A stretch of DNA of 64,000 bases, from NCBI GenBank assembly GCA_963716255.1, contig OY970303.1:5856001-5920000 (forward strand). Reading direction: 5' to 3'. The first letter of the stretch is position 1. Each line of letters opens with the position of its first letter. This DNA comes from an uncultured Gemmatimonadales bacterium (GTDB lineage: Bacteria > Gemmatimonadota > Gemmatimonadetes > Longimicrobiales > Longimicrobiaceae). Below the pieces are notes generated by a model. It was not told where the DNA came from, made no database searches, and saw only the letters and a list, made by a program, of their open reading frames with translations. Positions 55,666-64,000 of this stretch are shown one piece after another. Both the position numbers and the translations under genes were made by a program.

Positions 55666-55955
55666 TGGCGGCCCCCGCTGCGGGCGCCGGAGCCGGGGCG
55701 GGGGCGCTGCGCGTCTCCGTCCTGTCCCCGGAGCAGACCGTCTACGAGGGCGAGGCCACCCAGGTGGTCGTTCCCGCCATGGACGGGCTGCTCGGGATCC
55801 TGCGGGGGCACGCGCCGCTCATGGCGCTCCTCGGCGAAGGGATCCTGCGCATCGAGAACGGCCGCGAGTCCGCGCAGTTCCGGGTTTCCGGCGGCTTCCT
55901 CCAGGTGGTGGACGACGTGGTGACGGTGCTCAGCGAGCACGCGACCGCGGCCTGA
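55665..55955 (+). CDS. atpC: ATP synthase F1 epsilon (N-terminal domain only)
   Basis: GILRGHAPL, VSGGF, VTVL then stop. Confidence 0.92.
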
Positions 55956-55984
55956 GCCTCCGCCCCGGAGCCGATCGCACGCAG

Positions 55985-56026
55985 CGCCGCCCCCGCCGCT
56001 CCCCGAGCGGCGGGGGCGGCGTTTTT
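55985..56026 (+). terminator. Rho-independent terminator of the atp operon
   Basis: cgccgcccccgccgctc-ccc-gagcggcgggggcggcg then TTTTT. Confidence 0.85.
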
Positions 56027-56125
56027 CCCGCGCGGCTGGTCCGAAACTTGATTGCGTCCGGGGTGTCAGCCCCGCCCCGGTGGGCGGGACGTACGTACTT
56101 CCAGTCCAGTGACGGAGAGAAGCAA

Positions 56126-56698
56126 ATGTCTCGCAAGTGGATCGTTCGCACGCTCGCCGCGGCGGGCTTCGCCGCGCTTTCGGCGGGGGGCGCGCACGCG
56201 CAGGTCTTTACCCCCGCCTACCAGTCGCCCCGGCTCACCAACGACATCGGCGTGTACCTGAGCGACTTCGGCGACCTGGCCCTGGAAGGGATCTGGCGCG
56301 GCGGTCCCCTCGGCCTGCGCGTCGGGCTGGTGGACGCCGGCGACGACCTGCTCTCCGTCGGCGGCGAGCTGCGCAACCCGCTCCAGGTGACCGCCCCCAT
56401 CAGCCTGGCCTTCGTGGCGGGCGCGCAGGCGCTCATCGGCGACGCCAACGCCTTCGGGGCCCAGGCGGGGCTGAGCGCCGGCTACACCTTCAACACCCCC
56501 GGCGTCGCCTTCACGCCCTACATCCTCCCCCGCATCGCCGTGGTCAACGGCTTCGCCGAGGACGACGACACCGAGCTCGAGGTGCTGGCCGAGGTGGGCG
56601 CGGACGTGGAGTTCTCGCCGCGCATCATCCTGCGCTTCGGTGCCAACCTGTCGGACGTGGGCGCAGACTGGGGCATCGGCCTGGCCTGGCGCCAGTAG
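56126..56698 (+). CDS. Secreted, probable outer-membrane beta-barrel protein
   Basis: GGAGA RBS; signal ending AHA; alternating beta strands; near-terminal aromatic (GLAWRQ). Confidence 0.65.
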   Translation: MSRKWIVRTLAAAGFAALSAGGAHAQVFTPAYQSPRLTNDIGVYLSDFGDLALEGIWRGGPLGLRVGLVDAGDDLLSVGGELRNPLQVTAPISLAFVAGAQALIGDANAFGAQAGLSAGYTFNTPGVAFTPYILPRIAVVNGFAEDDDTELEVLAEVGADVEFSPRIILRFGANLSDVGADWGIGLAWRQ

Positions 56699-56726
56699 AC
56701 CCGCGCGGTAGATTAGACGACGATGT

Positions 56727-56762
56727 ACACCGCCGGTCGCCGTGGCCGGCGGTGTTCTTTTT
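56727..56762 (+). terminator. Rho-independent terminator
   Basis: acaccgccgg...ccggcggtgt then T-tract. Confidence 0.7.
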
Positions 56763-56772
56763 CCGGAGCAGC

Positions 56773-57597
56773 ATGAAGCGGATCGACCTTCACATCCACT
56801 CCCGCGCCTCGGACGGGCACCTCGCCCCCACCGCCGTCGTCGACGCCGCGGTGGCGGGGCGCCTGGACGTCATCGCCCTCACCGACCACGACACCGTGGC
56901 CGGCGTGCGCGAAGCCTGCGACGCCGCGCGCGAGCGTCCCATCCGGGTGATTCCCGGCATCGAGGTGAGCACCCGCCACCACGACGCCGAGATCCACGTG
57001 CTGGGCTACTTCGTGGATCCAGGCTCCCCCGCGCTGGTGGGGCACGGCGAGGCCGCGCGCGACCGGAGGCACGACCGGGCGCGCAGGATGGTGGGCAAGC
57101 TCCAGGAGCAGGGAGTCCGGCTGGACTTCGAGGACGTGCTCCGCGAGGCGGGGCCGGACACCGCCTCCATCGGCAGGCCGCACATCGCCCGCGCCCTGCT
57201 GGCCGGCGGGCACACCCGCTTCTACGGGGAAGCGTTCGACCGCTATCTCGCGGACGGCCGCAGCGCCTTCGTCCTCACCGAGTTCCCCTCGGTGCGCGAG
57301 GCCATCGACATGATCCACGCCGGCGGCGGCCTGGCCGTGTGGGCCCACCCCCCTCTGGATCTGTTCGACAGCGAGGTGCGCAGCTTCGCGGAGTGGGGGC
57401 TGGACGGCGTGGAGTGCTTCCGCCCGAACACCCCGCCCGCCGAGTCGCTGCTCTTCGAGACCGCGGCGCGGGCGCTGGGGCTGCTGCGCACCGGCGGCTC
57501 CGACTGGCACGGTCCGCACCGTGGCCCGCTGGGCCAGTTCGCGGTGCGCGAGGAGGACGTGCTGGAATTGCTGGACGCCGGGGCGGGGCGTTTTTGA
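56773..57597 (+). CDS. PHP-domain phosphoesterase (YciV/TrpH-like)
   Basis: DLHIHSRASDG, LTDHDT, IHVLGY, GRPHIA, AHP, GGSDWHG. Confidence 0.9.
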   Translation: MKRIDLHIHSRASDGHLAPTAVVDAAVAGRLDVIALTDHDTVAGVREACDAARERPIRVIPGIEVSTRHHDAEIHVLGYFVDPGSPALVGHGEAARDRRHDRARRMVGKLQEQGVRLDFEDVLREAGPDTASIGRPHIARALLAGGHTRFYGEAFDRYLADGRSAFVLTEFPSVREAIDMIHAGGGLAVWAHPPLDLFDSEVRSFAEWGLDGVECFRPNTPPAESLLFETAARALGLLRTGGSDWHGPHRGPLGQFAVREEDVLELLDAGAGRF

Positions 57598-57614
57598 ACG
57601 GCGACTGCGGGTTC

Positions 57615-57743
57615 GGGCGTGCCCCCGGCTGGCGCCGGGGTCGGGCTTCGGCTCCGTAAGCGAGCAGACAACGCTCGCTAACGGAGTCGAGACCCGCGAA
57701 ACTGCCCGCGGGTCTCGCCCCTTCGGGCCGAAATCCCTCACGC
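57615..57743 (-). repeat. Structured intergenic repeat family 1, copy 8
   Basis: Close to copy 1 in reverse complement. Confidence 0.9.
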
Positions 57744-57787
57744 GGGTGGCGGCGCGTGTCCCGGCGGAACCGACGAGCGGGGGAGCG

Positions 57788-58339
57788 ATGCGAGACACGG
57801 CGGGCGTGCGGGACCCCTGGGTGGGCGGCGGGCTGGCGCTCCTGGCGCTGCTCACCGTGGGAGCGGTGCTGCTCTACCGGGGCGAGCCGCAGAGCGTGGC
57901 CGAGGCGCGGACCGGGGCGATGGTCGCGGTGCGCCCCAGCGCCTATGGGCCCAGGATCGCGGTCGCCGGGGAGCGCGTCCGCGCCGCCGAGGCGGCATCC
58001 GCTTCGGGCGACACCGTCGCCGCCCTGCGCGAGTACGCCGCGGCCGCCGGGCAGGCGTGGTCCGCCCGCGGCTTCGCCTCCGACACCGCCGAGACCATGG
58101 CCGCCACGGAGCTGTGGGCGGATGCAGTCCTGGACCGCTCCGCCCTGATGCTCGCCGCCGCGTCCTCCCCCTGGTGGCGCCGCGACGACGACGCGGCCCT
58201 CCAGGACGCCCTCGCCCAGGTGGAGCGCGTCGTCGCCGTCCCCACCTCCCCCCCGACGCGGCAGCGCGCGCAGACGCTCGCCGACGCCGTCCGCGCCAAG
58301 CTCCGCCCGGGTCCGCTGGAATGGCTGCCGCGCCGCTGA
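57788..58339 (+). CDS. Hypothetical membrane-anchored protein
   Basis: GGGAG RBS; one N-terminal TM segment; helical Ala-rich domain. Confidence 0.6.
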   Translation: MRDTAGVRDPWVGGGLALLALLTVGAVLLYRGEPQSVAEARTGAMVAVRPSAYGPRIAVAGERVRAAEAASASGDTVAALREYAAAAGQAWSARGFASDTAETMAATELWADAVLDRSALMLAAASSPWWRRDDDAALQDALAQVERVVAVPTSPPTRQRAQTLADAVRAKLRPGPLEWLPRR

Positions 58340-58956
58340 CCCCCGCGCGCCGCGCCGTGGCAGCCGCGCTCCTCTTCCTGGGGAGCGCCGCGCTCGCCGG
58401 GATCCAGCTCGTGGAGGGCGGGACGCATTACCGCACCCCGGCGCTCACCGAGGGCGTGTTCGCCCTCCTCCTCACCTACATCCTCCTGCTGCGCGGGGCC
58501 TGGATCCGCCCCGCGGGGTGGCTCGGCTGGCTGGCGGTGGCGTACGGCGCCGCCGCCAACGCGCAGCTCCTGGAAATGCTCCTTCCGCCTCCGGGCGTGA
58601 TCGAGTGGATGGTGGTGTTCGTGCTCGCCTTCGCGGCGTGGGGCGCCCTCGCCTCCGGAACCCGCACCCGGCTGGTCGCCTCGCTCGCCAGCCTCGCGCT
58701 CCTCCTGGCGCTCCTCCGCTACTCCGTCATTCCCGTGCTCTGGGAGCGCGTGGGTCCCGCGCCCGGAGCCGCGTTCGGGCTGGGCGACGCGGCGGAGGCG
58801 GTCCGCCGCATCCTCGCCGACCACGAGCCCACCCGCCCGTCCGGGCAGCTGCTCGGGCTCCTCGGGCTCGCCCTCTGGGCCGCCGGGACCAGGCTCCTGT
58901 GGGAGCCCGAAGAGCCGTCCACGGAAGCGGAAGTCGTTGTGCCACAAGCCCCTTGA
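58321..58956 (+). CDS. Hypothetical integral membrane protein
   Basis: About six hydrophobic segments; overlaps upstream gene. Confidence 0.65.
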   Translation: MAAAPLTPARRAVAAALLFLGSAALAGIQLVEGGTHYRTPALTEGVFALLLTYILLLRGAWIRPAGWLGWLAVAYGAAANAQLLEMLLPPPGVIEWMVVFVLAFAAWGALASGTRTRLVASLASLALLLALLRYSVIPVLWERVGPAPGAAFGLGDAAEAVRRILADHEPTRPSGQLLGLLGLALWAAGTRLLWEPEEPSTEAEVVVPQAP

Positions 58957-58981
58957 CGGCCACTCGGAGCTCATGTATTAT
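58953..58981 (+). promoter_or_regulatory. rRNA promoter P1 (sigma70)
   Basis: TTGACG-N17-TATTAT. Confidence 0.75.
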
Positions 58982-59036
58982 TGTCGCCCTTCGCGAAAAC
59001 GGACGGCGCGGCGGCTCCACGGAGCCGGTCGAGGCC

Positions 59037-59065
59037 TTGACGAAAGCGAGACGAGCCGATAAGTT
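59037..59065 (+). promoter_or_regulatory. rRNA promoter P2 (sigma70)
   Basis: TTGACG-N17-TAAGTT. Confidence 0.65.
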
Positions 59066-59204
59066 GAAAGGCTCTGCGGCGGTTGGTTGCCGCGACCGGA
59101 ATATTTGAAAATTTGGGTGAAGGGAATAGGGAGTAGCAAAGGCTGAGAAAGAGCACCTTTGGCGGTGGGCCGGGAGCACGTGTCTTCGGATACGTAGACT
59201 ATCC

Positions 59205-62199
<2,995 letters not shown>

Positions 62200-62334
62200 G
62201 GTCGATAGGCAGGACCGGCGCATCGTCAAAGCTCTTTCGAAGTACTTGCTGCTCCCATTCTCTTCCCCTGATTTCTGTAGCGCGGGAGCGATCCCGTGCG
62301 AGGCACCGCGGACCTTGGGGTCCGCAGCCGGTGC

Positions 62335-62452
62335 GGCTGGTGGCGATGGCGTGGGGGATACACCCGATCCCATCTCGAACTCGGAAGTTAAGACCCACTG
62401 CGCGGATGGTACTGCCGGGGCCACCCGGTGGGAGAGTACGGCGCTGCCAGCC
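62335..62452 (+). rRNA. rrf: 5S rRNA
   Basis: GGCTGGTGGC...CACCCGATCCCATCTCGAACTCGGAAGTTAAG...GGGAGAGTA...GCTGCCAGCC. Confidence 0.96.
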
Positions 62453-62461
62453 CTGTTCTTC

Positions 62462-62496
62462 AGAGCCCCTCGATCCTACACGGATCGGGGGGCTCT
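62462..62496 (+). terminator. Hairpin after 5S (probable rRNA terminator)
   Basis: agagcccctcgatcc-taca-cggatcggggggctct. Confidence 0.6.
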
Positions 62497-62556
62497 GCTC
62501 GTTCGGGCACGGAGAAAGCGTGCATACACAGGAATGTAGAGGCCGGGCAGGCTGTT

Positions 62557-62685
62557 GCGTGAGGGATTACGGCCCGAAGGGGCGAGACCCGGCGGCAGTT
62601 TGCCGGGGCTCGACTCCGTTAGCCCGCGTTGTTTGCGGGCTTACGGAGCCGAAGCCCGACCCCGGCGCCAGCCGGGGACACGCCC
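62557..62685 (+). repeat. Structured intergenic repeat family 1, copy 9
   Basis: Aligns with copies 1 and 2. Confidence 0.9.
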
Positions 62686-62882
62686 AGGCCCGCGGCGACG
62701 GTCCGTTCGGATCCGGCATCAAGACTCGTCCCTGGCGACAAACGACGTCGCTCGCTACCTTGGTGCCATTACCGCTCCGGACGCGCCGCTGGCGTTGCCG
62801 GACCGCGCAGTACGCTCTATACTCTCCATCAGCCTGTCGGCCGGTTCAGGCAGGTCCCCACCGCTCCTTTGTGTCCCACGCC

Positions 62883-64000
62883 ATGACCCAGCCAGCCGAG
62901 TCGCATCCCTCGATCACGGTGCTCATCGTCGACGACGAGGAGCTGCTGGTGAAGAGCTGCGGCCAGATCCTTTCCAGCGAGGGGTACACCGTCCACACGG
63001 AGGGCCGCGGGCGGAGCGCGCTGGACATGGTGAGACGGCACCGTCCGGACCTGATCCTGGCGGACCTGCACCTTCCCGACATGGACGGGATGGTGCTTCT
63101 CAAGGAGATCAAGAAGATCTCGCCGGAAAGCCTGGTGATCATGATCACCGGCTTCGCGACGGTGGATTCCAGCGTGGAGGCGATCCGCGCGGGCGCGTAC
63201 GACTACATCCCGAAGCCCTTCACCGCGACGCAGCTGCGCATCCTCATCGGGCGGGCGGCGCAGCAGGTCCAGCTGGTGCGCGACAACGCGGTGCTCCGCG
63301 ACCAGCTCAAGAAGCAGTACAGCTTCGAGAACATCGTCGGCACCAGCGAGTCCATCCAGAAGGTGTTCTCGGTGGTGTCCCGCGTGGCGCCGACGGACGC
63401 CAGCGTGTTCATCTCCGGCGAGTCGGGGACGGGCAAGGAGCTGATCGCGCGCGCCATCCACATGAACAGCCGCCGCTCCGACCGGCCGTTCATGGCCATC
63501 AACTGCGCCGCGCTCCCGGACCACCTGCTGGAATCGGAGCTGTTCGGGCACGAGAAGGGCGCCTTCACCGGGGCGGACGTGGCGCGGCGCGGCCTCCTGG
63601 AGGCGGCGTCCGGGGGGACGTTCTTTCTGGACGAGGTCACGGAGATGAGCATGGACCTCCAGGCCAAGCTCCTCCGCGTGATCCAGGAGCGCAAGATCCG
63701 GCGCGTGGGCGGGGAAGGGGAGCTGCAGATCGACGTCCGCTGGGTGTCGGCTACCAACCGCGACCCGGAGAAGGCGGTCAAGGACGGGGCGCTCCGGCAG
63801 GACCTGCTCTTCCGCCTCAACGTGGTGCCGCTGAAGCTGCCGCCGCTGCGGGCGAGGCGCGACGACATCCCGGCGCTGGCGCAGCACTTCCTGCGCAAGT
63901 ACGCGCAGGAGTACGAGCGGCCGCAGATCAACTTCGCGCCGGACTCGCTGCGGATCCTGTGCGAGTACGACTGGCCGGGGAACATCCGCGAGCTGCAGAA
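62883..64000 (+). CDS. NtrC-family sigma54 response regulator (runs off the window end)
   Basis: MTQPAESHPSITVLIVDDEE, ADLHLP receiver Asp, [26 protein letters not shown]. Confidence 0.92.
   Translation, partial: MTQPAESHPSITVLIVDDEELLVKSCGQILSSEGYTVHTEGRGRSALDMVRRHRPDLILADLHLPDMDGMVLLKEIKKISPESLVIMITGFATVDSSVEAIRAGAYDYIPKPFTATQLRILIGRAAQQVQLVRDNAVLRDQLKKQYSFENIVGTSESIQKVFSVVSRVAPTDASVFISGESGTGKELIARAIHMNSRRSDRPFMAINCAALPDHLLESELFGHEKGAFTGADVARRGLLEAASGGTFFLDEVTEMSMDLQAKLLRVIQERKIRRVGGEGELQIDVRWVSATNRDPEKAVKDGALRQDLLFRLNVVPLKLPPLRARRDDIPALAQHFLRKYAQEYERPQINFAPDSLRILCEYDWPGNIRELQ

Overview
High-GC bacterial chromosomal window. The gene set and gene styles suggest Gemmatimonadota (Longimicrobium-like); this is an inference, not a database result. 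Housekeeping content: thrC, argF, gcvT, tRNA-Leu-tig-clpP-clpX-engB, dnaK-degP, punA, thiD, pilD, a class I lysyl-tRNA synthetase, thiO, a complete F1Fo ATP synthase operon, and a 23S-5S rRNA unit with its own promoters and no linked 16S. An accessory stretch at ~11.2-25 kb is rich in small peptides. It holds a complete lasso-peptide cluster (RRE B1, protease B2, cyclase C, ABC exporter) with SIX divergent precursor genes, two of them absent from the ORF track. It also holds a secreted six-Cys CS-alpha-beta defensin-like peptide (a paralogue sits at 109-324), a 29-aa micro-lipoprotein, and a low-GC NACHT/STAND NTPase with pentapeptide repeats fused to a host-like tail. Intergenic DNA carries nine copies of a ~130-bp multi-hairpin element with compensatory stem changes, plus two copies of a second ~140-bp element built from the same GAGAC-stem-GCWGTTT-stem-GGCTC hairpin. 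Other oddities are an ATP synthase with a truncated epsilon and a C-terminally extended alpha, and a sigma54-type promoter ahead of dnaK. All calls come from reading the sequence; no searches were run.
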